Positions 1 through 9,682 of a stretch of DNA of 64,000 nt are shown piece after piece. A program made the position numbers and the translations under genes. The notes beneath the pieces were generated by a model. The model ran no database searches. It had not been told where the DNA came from and saw only the letters and a list, made by a program, of their open reading frames with translations. Where the stretch lies: NCBI GenBank assembly GCA_963813025.1, contig CAWEXO010000012.1, positions 64,001-128,000 of the forward strand, read 5' to 3'. This DNA is from an uncultured Verrucomicrobiae bacterium (lineage in GTDB: Bacteria; Verrucomicrobiota; Verrucomicrobiia; Chthoniobacterales; JAFAMB01). Position 1 is the stretch's first letter. Each line of letters begins with the position of its first letter.

Positions 1-50
1 GGCGCATCAGCCATGCGGCAGCCTGACCCGACAGCGCTGACGAGAGCATT

Positions 51-315
51 TCAAATCGAGGGCTACGCAGCCTATGATCAAGTCGGTGGTCCCCAAATAG
101 TGCACGCAGCCTGTTGGGCGCAGCCAGACGCAAGTTTTCCAGGCAGTGGAACTCAATGCGCACGATCACACAGCGCTCGGGATTGTGGCAAAGCTCGACG
201 AGCTTTTTGGCATCGATGCACAGGCGCGCGAACAGGGTCTGAGCCAGAGCGATCGGCAAGTGCTGCGGCTGGAAAAAGCCCAGCCGCTGCTAGAGCAGAT
301 TAAGAGTCAGATCCA
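51..315 (+). mobile_element. IS66-family transposase (TnpC) remnant, frameshifted and truncated
   Basis: QIEGYAAYDQVGGPQIVHAACWAQ continues after a frameshift as RRKFFQAVELN...LDELFGIDAQARE. This matches the IS66 TnpC pattern QxDGYxxY...HxxCWAHxRRKF. Similarity stops near 315. Confidence 0.75.
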
Positions 316-731
316 TGCCGAGCTCACGCCTGCTTCCTGGCTGACCCAACATTAGTTGCCAGAACTACTGGAATTCGGCTCGGCGCCGACCATGTGTTAG
401 TCGGACGGGTACTCTCATCAGGATTGGAGAACGGACCTTCCCGGTCGAGAACGTCTACAACATCGCATCCGGATAGGACGTGCTGGCAATCGCCCCTTGG
501 GTATTTGACAGCGAAGCGTTGGCTCAGCCAGGCATGAAACATAGAGTCAAAATCTTTCTTTCGTCCGGCGGTCTCATCGTGACAAACAGAGGGCTAAAGT
601 CGTATATCCACGTCCCCCCGCAGCCGGAATGCTTGAATAATCTGTCCTCTTTTGCTCTGGCGGCGTTGCCAAGCAAGAGGACAAACAGGCTCGGCTTTCT
701 GACCTGGCGAAGCCCTTCGCGTTTCGGATAC

Positions 732-1178
732 TTAGTCCACTCGAGTCCAAGTGTAGTTTCGGCCAATAACCGCGACACCAATGAATCCCCGCAGTTTAAT
801 CTTGTCTGGCCCCTGCAGTTCGACAAAACAGGAGTAGGTTTTGCCACTTTTCGGGTCATAGACCGTGCCATTCTCCCAGCGAGTGGCGCTCTTCTTCGTC
901 AGGCCAGATATAAAAACAAGCCCGATGATCGGATGATTGCGTTTCCTTGGATCCGGATTGTAAATATCGCTCTTCTCTTTCCCGTCGGTCGTCTTCGGCT
1001 CGCTCAACTCCACGATCCTGGCACTGAGTTTGCCTTCACTTTCGAACATCGCAAAGGTGCCGTCTTCACCCTTCCAGAGTCCAACCGGGGATGCGGCATT
1101 AACCGCATCAACTGTGGTCGCCCCGAACCAGAAGGTGACCAGCACCAAGAGTAGATTCCGAAGTCGGGCGGCATTCAT
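732..1178 (-). CDS. DUF2147 domain secreted protein
   Basis: Signal peptide, then SPVGLW, DxxNPDP, WENGTVYDPKSGKTYSC and LRGFIG..IGRNYTWTRV, typical of DUF2147. Confidence 0.9.
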   Translation of the reverse strand: MNAARLRNLLLVLVTFWFGATTVDAVNAASPVGLWKGEDGTFAMFESEGKLSARIVELSEPKTTDGKEKSDIYNPDPRKRNHPIIGLVFISGLTKKSATRWENGTVYDPKSGKTYSCFVELQGPDKIKLRGFIGVAVIGRNYTWTRVD

Positions 1179-1675
1179 ATGTTTGTTATAGGTTCAAAAG
1201 GGAGCCGTTTCAGTTTAATGAAGATTCTATTTTGACTGTCTACGTTAAGTCATGAGTGCAGCCATCTGCCGCCCACTTAGAATCGAGCTAAAACCTAGAC
1301 CGAGTGACGCCGAAAAGTACCGGCCTTCAGAGGAGAGAAGGAAATTGCGCGAATAACGTTTTGGGGAATAATTCCCAATATTACTTTCCCACGAATCGTT
1401 GAACTTCTCCAATACCCATTTTAAAGCGTTATAATTGCTTGCGGGTATGGCAACAACGCAACATCAAAGTACTCCCAAACTCGATGAGCAGCTGGGGCCG
1501 GTGAAAGCGCGAATTAGACGTAGACTCTTGAAGCCTTTGCAGTTTTCCCGAGCAATATTAATTGCAGCAGTTGGAAAGTGGCGCAAGTTGTGGCTGAATC
1601 CGAGCGTCTGTCAAGCGAGGAATTCCTTTGGTGAAAGCTGCGATATCACAGCTGATGATTGAGTGACATTTGCGA

Positions 1676-2182
1676 ATGGCTCAAGACGTAACAACCCTGC
1701 TAAGAATAATTGAATCCGAGTCTGAAAGCCAACTCAAGGCCTATGCATCACTGGTGCTCTCGTTAGAGAAGCAGTTCATCTTTTTATTCGGCTTCATCCG
1801 GACCGAGAATGCCAATGCTTTGTTTAATGGCTTCCGCTGCCCCGATGAGAACAGGAAGGTTTTTCATTATCATTCTTTAAGCAACGCGGTCTGGGACGAT
1901 CAACAAGTGCCTCCGGTCATAACCGGCAATGTTCCCGGAAAGGGCACCCAGAAGGTCGAAGTGGGGTTAAGACCGGTTGCCGGTCGAATCGTTGGAACAC
2001 TGCTAGATGCCGAGCTCCTGGATCATATTTCCGCCAATCTTTACAAACGCGACCATGCGACCGCGGAGTGGCTCGTTGAACAAGGAGTCCCATTTTACCG
2101 GGAGATCACGCACGCAGGCGCCAAGATGCTAGTGCCTTCGCAATTTCCAGCTCTTCCGCCGGGATGGCGCGGAAACGACTGA
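1676..2182 (+). CDS. hypothetical protein (168 aa)
   Basis: Open frame with ATG, globular-looking composition, no competing gene. No family recognised. Confidence 0.55.
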   Translation: MAQDVTTLLRIIESESESQLKAYASLVLSLEKQFIFLFGFIRTENANALFNGFRCPDENRKVFHYHSLSNAVWDDQQVPPVITGNVPGKGTQKVEVGLRPVAGRIVGTLLDAELLDHISANLYKRDHATAEWLVEQGVPFYREITHAGAKMLVPSQFPALPPGWRGND

Positions 2183-2323
2183 AGACAACTAGCCGCCCTA
2201 GCAGCACAGGGTCGGCCACCGAAGCCGCTCGCTCAGACTGAAACGCTGATTAAAAGCACAAGACCTGCCCGGCATGCGGCAAATCTCAATTTATTTGCGG
2301 AACAAAATAATTACCGCTGCCTT

Positions 2324-2545
2324 TTAATCATTATTGTGCCAACGGTGCGAGCGATAATAACGCTGATCGTGGCGGTAGGTGTAACGCCGGTAGGCGTGCT
2401 CACGGTTATAATAGGGTTGCCGCTGATAGTAGCCACGGTCGGAATACCCTGAACCTAACGAAATGGTAACTTGGGCTTTCGCTTCCGTCGGAATCAAAGC
2501 GGCGAGCCCAAGGACGGCTAGGAGCAAGAGCAGATATTGTTTCCT
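2324..2545 (-). CDS. small secreted Arg/Tyr/His-rich protein; start codon unclear
   Basis: RKQYLLLLLAVLGLAALIPTEAKA signal peptide followed by a low-complexity YY/RR tail. The expected ATG reads ATA-GG, which may be a 1-nt loss. Confidence 0.55.
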   Translation of the reverse strand, partial: RKQYLLLLLAVLGLAALIPTEAKAQVTISLGSGYSDRGYYQRQPYYNREHAYRRYTYRHDQRYYRSHRWHNND

Positions 2546-2840
2546 ATAATCACTTTCTAGGCGTATTAGAAGACGCCATGACAGATGCTGCCGAGCTATT
2601 CCAAACAATCAGACAATAGTTCCTGTCATACTCAAAAACCACGGTAACGCGTTGATAAAAGTATGGGAGACACTAACCGATCGGGACGAGCTTATTATTT
2701 CAGCTTGGCGTTCGAACGTATAACAGGCACATGAACGCTAGAGCCAAATTTTGGCGTGGCGTTCGTCTTCCCGGTCTAACCAACAGTTATGACCGAAGCG
2801 CCGCTGCTACTTTAACAGGCAGAAGCTGGTGGCGATATTC

Positions 2841-3107
2841 CTAATCCAACAGGTCCCAGAGCCAACGATCCATGCTGTTCTTCGCCTCGGTACCCATCTC
2901 GCGAATCTGAAACACGTGAGGAGCATTGTGTTTGAGGAATCTCGCAGCCCAGATGAATTTAAACGACGGCGTTTCCCGCTCGTCCACAAAGGCGGGATCT
3001 CCGAGAATCAGTTTCACTGCCGCCTCCAGGCTAGGAGAATAGCAAAGTTTCCAGTCAATCTTGCCGTGCTCCCTTTCGTCAATCGTACCGAAATTTCCAT
3101 TTGGCAT
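2841..3107 (-). CDS. hypothetical protein (88 aa)
   Basis: ATG at 3107 preceded by AGGTG; plausible protein composition. Confidence 0.45.
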   Translation of the reverse strand: MPNGNFGTIDEREHGKIDWKLCYSPSLEAAVKLILGDPAFVDERETPSFKFIWAARFLKHNAPHVFQIREMGTEAKNSMDRWLWDLLD

Positions 3108-3197
3108 TAACACCTAACTATTTAAAACTACTTAAAGTCAACGCAATCCATGAGCTTCTCCAATACTCTTTTCGGATAGTTATCGGTGGTTTTGTGT

Positions 3198-3671
3198 ATG
3201 ACAAAAGCCCGGAGTACGCCCAAAGCGACAAATCCCAGGGCTGGTGACGGTGAATATGAAAATGTGATTGACTACGCTGCCCTTGAACTTGCCGAGACAG
3301 TCGCACGGACTCTAACGTTCCGTAAGATTGAGGAGCACCTGACCGCCAAAGGGGAGCCGGCGAACAATCTTTAGATACCAGCCGGTAGAATCCGGAAAGA
3401 GAAGATTTCAAAGGAGGCTGCAGAAAACGTTAAGGAGGGCATCAAGCACACCGCAGAGGACCTCGAGGAAGCGGCCTCTGACAAAATAGAAGGGTTTTCG
3501 CACGGCGGCAGAAAAACAGGCGAAAAGCTTCGGACAGCGTTCGAAGACGCGTGGTCTCAAGCGAAAGACTGGCAACACCGAGGTACCGAGCTGATCCGGG
3601 AGAACCCTGTGCAAGCGGTGGCTGTTGCGTTTGCGCTAGGTGTGGTCGTTTGGCTGTCAATTCGCAAATAA
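3198..3671 (+). pseudogene. ElaB/YqjD/DUF883-like tail-anchored protein with an in-frame TAG at 3372-3374
   Basis: The frame after the TAG (3375-3671, missing from the ORF track) reads KISKEAAENVKEGIKHTAEDLEE...IRENPVQAVAVAFALGVVVWLSIRK*, the DUF883 C-terminal motif plus TM helix. Confidence 0.65.
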
Positions 3672-3754
3672 TTTAAGCATCCGTTACCATTAAGCGCACG
3701 TACGAGCTGGAATGAATTGAAGGGGGAAGCTCAAACAGGAGTACGCAAGCGCAC

Positions 3755-3955
3755 ATGAGTAGTTCAGCCGGGAATTTCATAGCAGCGCTTGCAAGCTTTT
3801 TTATTCCCGGTTTAGGACAGCTGATCCAAGGGCGGATCATCACGGCGCTGGCCTTCTTTGTTGTTAGCGTCGGACTTTGGTTTATTTTCCTTGGTTGCCT
3901 TGGGCATATCGTCGCTTGTCTCGAGGCCGCCTTTTGGCGGCGCCGGTCCGTTTAG
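3755..3955 (+). CDS. small membrane protein (SFFIPGLGQ motif)
   Basis: 66 aa, hydrophobic, conserved-looking FFIPGLGQLIQGR motif; AGGAG upstream. Confidence 0.75.
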   Translation: MSSSAGNFIAALASFFIPGLGQLIQGRIITALAFFVVSVGLWFIFLGCLGHIVACLEAAFWRRRSV

Positions 3956-3987
3956 GCCCGGCAGCGGACGGTACCAAAGGAACCCCG

Positions 3988-6165
3988 ATGCCTAACACTC
4001 TTATCAACGTCTCCAATCGTTTGCCGGTTACCGTGGAAGAGGATCGACTCACCAAGTCTTCCGGTGGGCTCGTGGCTGCGCTGGAAGGCCTTCCCGAGGG
4101 ACAATACAAGACTAAGTGGATCGGTTGGCCGGGTGCTGCGTTTCCCGAAGAAAGCCGGCGACAGGAAATCGCGCGGAAGCTAGCCGAAGAACATGGCTGC
4201 TTCCCGGTGTTTCTCAGCGAAGAAGAAGCTACCGCATTCTACGAGGGTTTTTCCAATTCCAGCATCTGGCCATTGCTGCATTACCTGCCCAATTATCTGC
4301 GTTACGAACCTGCCTGGTGGGAACATTACCAGAACGTAAACCGGACCTTCGCTGAAAAGGTGCTCGAGACCGTGCACGAGGGCGATTTGGTCTGGGTCCA
4401 TGATTACCAACTCATGCTTCTCCCCGCGATGTTGAGAGCGGCGGCTTCCAACCTCAGAATTGGGTTTTTCTTGCACACGCCCTTTCCCGCCTACGAGATT
4501 TTCCGCTGTCATCCGCGCCGACGCGAACTGGTTGCGGGAATGCTGGGCGCGAACAGGATTGGGTTTCACGCCTTCGGGTATTTGCGGCATTTCTGCAGCA
4601 CCGTCCAACGGCTCCTGGGCATCGAAACGGAGCTCACACATATCCCGAGCGAAGGGCACATTACCGCCTTAGGCGTTTATCCGATCGGCATTAACGCGCC
4701 TAAGTTTGAGCAAACTCTCGACTCGGAAGAGTTTCACCAGCGTCGGGAGGAGTTCCGCCTGGCACACGAAGGCAAACGGCTTGTCGTTTCAGTCGAGCGC
4801 ATGGATTACACTAAAGGCATTCTGCACCGCCTTGAGGCCATCGACAATTTCCTGGCCGGATCGGACAAGATCGATGCGATCCGTTTCATCTTCGTGAGTG
4901 TACCTTCGCGCGAAGGGATCGAAGAATACCAGCATTTGGTAGAGGAAGTCGAATCGCGGGTCGGCCAGCTAAATGGCAAATACGCCACGTTGCTTAACAG
5001 TCCGATCCATTTCATCCATGGCTCGATCCCTTTTGTCGACCTGTGCGCATTGTATGCCTTAGCTGATATCGCCCTGGTGACGCCGCTGATTGATGGCATG
5101 AACCTGGTGGCCAAAGAGTTCATTGCCTGCCAGCGAGAAAACGCCGGACTACTGATTTTGAGCGAGTTTGCCGGCGCAGCCGAGGAACTCTTCAACGCCC
5201 TCCTCGTCAATCCTTATGACTCCGCGGCTGTGGCCAGGACCCTGACTGACGCCCTGGCTCTGCCCGTGGCGGAAAAGCGAAACCGTATTCTGCCGATGCG
5301 GGAGCGCGTCATGCGCTACGATGCCCGACACTGGGCGCGTTCTTTCATTGACGACCTGATGTCAGGCCCAATCAGCGATGCTCGCACGGTGGAGGCCGAC
5401 ATCAGAGATGCGCGCGAGCAAATCGGACAGGCTGTCTCGGCCGGTAAACGGATCGCTCTCTTTCTGGACTACGACGGCACGCTGCGCGAAATCGAACTTG
5501 ACCCCCGGGCGGCGACGCCGAATGCCGGCATTGAAACTTTGCTGCACCGGCTCGGCCAACAGCCGAACGTGGATGTTACCGTCATCAGCGGCCGTTCCCA
5601 GGAGGACATGGAAGCGTTTCTGGGCGGCCATACTTTCCGGCTCATCGCCGAACACGGCGCCAGCTTGCGGGGGCCGGGGAAGAAGGAGTGGAAACGATTG
5701 GATCGCAATATTAATTACGCTTGGAAGGAGGAGCTCCTGGCGATCCTGCGGCTTTACGAACAGGCAACTCCGGGCAGCACAATCGAGGAGAAACATTCTT
5801 CGATCGTTTGGCACTACCGGAAAGCCGACCAAGAATTCGGTGCTTGGAAAGCGAACCAGCTAACGGAAGAATTATCCGCGTTGACCGCCAACTACCCGAT
5901 TAAAGTGCGTTACGGCAAGAAGATTGTGGAAGTGACTGCAGCGGAAAATAATAAAGGGGCCGCCGTTGCCCGGGTGCTCGAGCAAAACGATAATTACGAC
6001 GTAGCCCTCTGTGCCGGCGATGACCTCACCGACGAGAGCATGTTTGAACTCAATAGACCGCGCTTGCTGACCATCAAGGTAGGCATCGGACCCACCCGAG
6101 CCCGCTTCAGGGTATCCGACCCCGCCACTTTCCGACAGTTTCTCGTCAGCCTGTTCGGTGACTGA
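3988..6165 (+). CDS. otsAB: bifunctional trehalose-6-phosphate synthase/phosphatase (GT20 + HAD)
   Basis: VSNRLP, SSGGL, WIGWPG, WVHDYQL, GFFLHTPFP, ERMDYTKG and DGMNLVAKE (OtsA), followed by FLDYDGTL and GDDLTDE (OtsB). Confidence 0.97.
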   Translation: MPNTLINVSNRLPVTVEEDRLTKSSGGLVAALEGLPEGQYKTKWIGWPGAAFPEESRRQEIARKLAEEHGCFPVFLSEEEATAFYEGFSNSSIWPLLHYLPNYLRYEPAWWEHYQNVNRTFAEKVLETVHEGDLVWVHDYQLMLLPAMLRAAASNLRIGFFLHTPFPAYEIFRCHPRRRELVAGMLGANRIGFHAFGYLRHFCSTVQRLLGIETELTHIPSEGHITALGVYPIGINAPKFEQTLDSEEFHQRREEFRLAHEGKRLVVSVERMDYTKGILHRLEAIDNFLAGSDKIDAIRFIFVSVPSREGIEEYQHLVEEVESRVGQLNGKYATLLNSPIHFIHGSIPFVDLCALYALADIALVTPLIDGMNLVAKEFIACQRENAGLLILSEFAGAAEELFNALLVNPYDSAAVARTLTDALALPVAEKRNRILPMRERVMRYDARHWARSFIDDLMSGPISDARTVEADIRDAREQIGQAVSAGKRIALFLDYDGTLREIELDPRAATPNAGIETLLHRLGQQPNVDVTVISGRSQEDMEAFLGGHTFRLIAEHGASLRGPGKKEWKRLDRNINYAWKEELLAILRLYEQATPGSTIEEKHSSIVWHYRKADQEFGAWKANQLTEELSALTANYPIKVRYGKKIVEVTAAENNKGAAVARVLEQNDNYDVALCAGDDLTDESMFELNRPRLLTIKVGIGPTRARFRVSDPATFRQFLVSLFGD

Positions 6166-6339
6166 AATAAGTCGGAGTGGCAAAATTTTGACAACTCATC
6201 TCTATGTTGTGCCGATAATGGCGCACAAACCGATCACTGGGCCTACTCAATCACTCCAATACGCCGTCGCAATCTCCACCGTAATCTGACGGACTAAGCG
6301 TCATTTTGCTTCGCATGAGTTGCCTGGGGGAAAGAACGC

Positions 6340-7181
6340 TCACAAATCCGAAAACTGGAACGTCGGCTTAATTGTTTGAATCGTTTCTTCAATTTCCGCG
6401 AGCGCTTCAATCAGGGTCGGGCTTAAGTGCGCTAGCTTCGGAACGGCTTGTCCCAAGGTTTCTGCCATCGAGCGCAAAAGATTTCCCGTCGTACCGAAGT
6501 CACCTACGTAAAAAATCCGGTTTCTATCCCAAGCCTTGCCTTTTGCTTCTTCGCTGGTTGGTTCGCCGAAACGTATCTGGACAAGCTGACGAATTAACTC
6601 ACTGACCAGGTAACCGTCCCGGCCGTGATACTTTCTGTCTGCTCTGCGCAGCTTCTCCATGGAATTTATTGTCCAATCCTCGTAGTAAAGCTTTGCCGCG
6701 GTGAGAATCAATCGCTGACCTTCTTCGCTGGTCGCTAACTCCTCAATTATCTTTCCGAGCAGAGACTCGTAACAGCTCTCCGCGTTCTTGAACCGAGCGC
6801 GCAAATCCGGTGACTGATCATAGCGTTTTTCAACAGTGATGACCTGGACCGCGTGAATCATTTCTTCCCGAATCGCGGATCGAATCCGCCAGCGATAGCT
6901 GTAAATCTCGCTTTGCAGCAAGTCCCAATCTGCGAGCAATGGGTAATAAAGGCGACAATATTGACGTTGCCGAGGTTGCCCACGTTGTAGCAACAAGCAA
7001 AATACGGAGGTCTTTTCGGTTTACCGTCTCGGGTTCGGACTTTGACTCGGGATATCGAGAACCCAACCCCTAAAGCGTCCAAGCGGGGCTTCGATCGCCG
7101 AATTTCTTCAACCAAAATATCCCAGGGACAAGCCACTGCGAGGTCAGAATCTGGAGTAGCCTGCCATGGTAAAGTGGTCAT
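6340..7181 (-). CDS. hypothetical protein split by an apparent frameshift near 6960-6990
   Basis: Two overlapping minus ORFs (6858-7181 and 6340-6996) look like N- and C-terminal parts of one gene. Contains EEMIHAVQ, an EExxH-like motif. Confidence 0.45.
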
Positions 7182-7239
7182 AGCTCTTTCTTGGGATTCT
7201 AACCTCGGCCTGGGCAGAGACCGTGGTCGCTGAATGCTA

Positions 7240-8369
7240 CTAGTGCCTAATTGCGTAAGTTAGTTATATGTATGGCGACTTTCCCCTGATGTACCTGGGA
7301 TTTGGTCCATTCGAAGGGAGCCGCATTGTTATTGTAGTTCTTGATGAAGGTGTCGATGGCGTTGCGCAGCTCTGCCACGCTGGTGAAGTTTGCCCCCTGG
7401 AGGGCTTGGCGGCTCAAGATACTAAACCAGATCTCAATCTGGTTGAGCCAAGAAGCGTGGGTTGGAGTGAAATGAAAATGCACATTGGGGTGAGCCTTCA
7501 ACCAGCGATCTTGCTTTGGCTTATGGGTCGCAAGGTTGTCTAAGACCACATGAATTTCTTTGTCGAGATTTCCGGCAACTACCTGGTTCATAAACTCCAG
7601 GAATTCCCGTCGGCGCTGGCGCCGGTAATGACCAGCCTGCACTTGGCCGCTGGCAATGTTGAGGGCGGCAAAGAGAGTGGAGGTGCCATGGCGCTTGTAC
7701 TCGTGGCTAAAACCCGTCAGCGCCCTGCCATTGGGCAAGCGAATCCAACCTTGGGCTCTTTCCAGGGCTTGAATGGCTGGTTTTTCATCAATGGCCAAGA
7801 TGAGCGCATTCTGGGGCGGATTGAGATAAAGACCGACAATGTCAGCGGCCTTGCGCACAAACTCCGGATCGGTGGAAATGCACCAGCTGCGGCGCCGTTC
7901 CAATTCAATGCCTTGTTGGCGCAAAATGCGCCAGACTTGATCGGAGGAAACATCGGCCAGACTCTGCGCCAGCAGTCGCCCATTCCAGCGCCCGTAGCCC
8001 GCCGGTGGATCTTCATCCAGCAGCGCCAAGACCCGCTTGACCGTCATTTGATCATACTTGGCCGGCTTTCCACTGCGTGGCGCGTCTTCCAAGCCAGCCA
8101 GGCCTTGGCGCACAAAGCGCCGCCGCCATTTACTCACCGTCACCTCGGGAATGCGCAGGCTCTTGGCAATCGCACGTCCACTCAAGCCCGCTGCCGCCTT
8201 CAAGATAATCCGACTCCTGACCTTGAGCCGGTGTTCGACCCGTTGCGCTCGACTCCAACCCTCCAAGAGCTTGCGGTTTTCCACAGAAAGTTTGATGCAA
8301 CCCATTGCCATCCATCCAACAAATCATAATTTTTCATAAATATAAAGAACTAAAGCAACTAAGTACTAG
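7240..8369 (-). mobile_element. complete IS630-family insertion sequence
   Basis: Imperfect terminal inverted repeats CTAGTGCCTAATTGCGTAAGTTAGTTATA versus reverse-complement CTAGTACTTAGTTGCTTTAGTTCTTTATA (22/29 match). ACTAGT at both ends is consistent with a TA target duplication. Confidence 0.92.
7247..8311 (-). CDS. IS630-family DDE transposase, intact
   Basis: N-terminal HTH, then DEK...YKRHGT...LDNLATHK...TPTHASWLNQIEIWF motifs. Confidence 0.96.
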   Translation of the reverse strand: MAMGCIKLSVENRKLLEGWSRAQRVEHRLKVRSRIILKAAAGLSGRAIAKSLRIPEVTVSKWRRRFVRQGLAGLEDAPRSGKPAKYDQMTVKRVLALLDEDPPAGYGRWNGRLLAQSLADVSSDQVWRILRQQGIELERRRSWCISTDPEFVRKAADIVGLYLNPPQNALILAIDEKPAIQALERAQGWIRLPNGRALTGFSHEYKRHGTSTLFAALNIASGQVQAGHYRRQRRREFLEFMNQVVAGNLDKEIHVVLDNLATHKPKQDRWLKAHPNVHFHFTPTHASWLNQIEIWFSILSRQALQGANFTSVAELRNAIDTFIKNYNNNAAPFEWTKSQVHQGKVAIHITNLRN

Positions 8370-8647
8370 TCCACAGAGATCAGTCAACGAGTTCCAGACG
8401 TCGGACTTCGTGCACAGGCCAAGAACGGAGACGGCACACTTTGTGCCAATGGGGGCGACAAGATCATCTCTCGCACCGATCGAATCCTTCGACGTTCACG
8501 GCCGCCTTTCGGCCAAGCTGGGACCAGGAAAATGGATCCGGGGAGCCTGCGTTCATTATTGATGTTTATATTTATCGTTTTCGGGGAGTGGAATGAACTT
8601 TGCTGAACTTCCAGAGGGGAGACATAAAAGATCCTTACGCGAATCAC

Positions 8648-9682
8648 ATGCTTATCAGAATCGGCTACGACATTGCGCTTCGTCTCCCTTTTCCAACTGC
8701 GGTAATTTACGTGCTCCACGTCCATCCCGCGCGCAAAGGCGACCTGGTCAGGCCCGAAGACTTCCGGATCAAGCCAGAACTGTGCGTCGAGGAATACTTT
8801 GATGGATTCGGCAACCATTGCGGACGCGTCAACTGCCCAGCAGGTGTCATACGTTTTCTCAACGACGCAATCATTCGCGACCCTGGCACACTAGATTCCT
8901 ACGCACCCGACGCGCCTCAACACGACGTTCGCGAGCTGCCGCTGGAAACCCTATCTTTTGTCTTGCCGAGCCGTTACTGCGAAGTCGACAGCGAGCTGCT
9001 TGACTTCGCCTGGCAAACCTTCGGCGCCACTCCGGCCGGATGGGCACGGGTGCAGGCGATTTGCGACTTCGTCCATGGCCATCTCCGCTTCGATTACCTG
9101 AAAGCTCGCGCCGATCGCACCGCGCTCGATGGTTTCCGCGAGCGGGTTGGCGTCTGCCGCGATTTTACCCATCTCGCGATTACCTTGTGCCGCTGCCTGA
9201 ATATCCCCGCGCGCTACGGCACGGGCTATCTGGGTGACATTGGCGTCCCTGCTGATCCCAATCCAATGGATTTCAGCGCCTGGTTTGAAGCCTATCTTGG
9301 CGGACACTGGCATACCTTCGATGCCCGGCATATCCGCCGCCGGATTGGCCGCGTCCTAATCGGAGGTGGACGCGACGCGGGCGACGTTCCTATCACCATG
9401 GCGTTCGGGCAACATCTTCTCGAAAATTTTAGCGTTGTCACCGAAAAGATTGATCCAGGTAACACCGCAAACGCGGTCGGTATTGCAACTTTGGAATCGA
9501 ATGCAGGTGTCGATTGCGAGTTAAATCCTGGATGGCGAGGGCGACGAGTCGATTTTGGGTCTACGATTTACCTGCAATCGATACTTGTTTTAACAATCAT
9601 TTGTACTTCTCCCCTGAAGAAATCACCAGGTTCACCGGGGAACCTTGCGCCACGGAGCTCCCGCTCGCCGGGTCCTGGCTAA
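8648..9682 (+). CDS. transglutaminase-like family protein
   Basis: MLIRIGYDI N-terminus; GVCRDFTHLAITLCRCLNIPARY.TGYLGD and DFSAWFEAYLGGHWHTFDARH. The family core ends near 9450 and the tail runs into the convergent PASTA gene. Confidence 0.93.
   Translation: MLIRIGYDIALRLPFPTAVIYVLHVHPARKGDLVRPEDFRIKPELCVEEYFDGFGNHCGRVNCPAGVIRFLNDAIIRDPGTLDSYAPDAPQHDVRELPLETLSFVLPSRYCEVDSELLDFAWQTFGATPAGWARVQAICDFVHGHLRFDYLKARADRTALDGFRERVGVCRDFTHLAITLCRCLNIPARYGTGYLGDIGVPADPNPMDFSAWFEAYLGGHWHTFDARHIRRRIGRVLIGGGRDAGDVPITMAFGQHLLENFSVVTEKIDPGNTANAVGIATLESNAGVDCELNPGWRGRRVDFGSTIYLQSILVLTIICTSPLKKSPGSPGNLAPRSSRSPGPG

Noticed and set aside
480..1154. 224-aa plus-strand ORF
   Set aside because: Mostly antisense to the well-supported DUF2147 gene, with no recognisable motif.
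1361..1378. Near-palindrome TTGGGGAATAATTCCCAA as an operator
   Set aside because: Single occurrence with no regulator or clear target gene to tie it to.
7550..8329. 259-aa plus-strand ORF
   Set aside because: It is the antisense shadow of the IS630 transposase.
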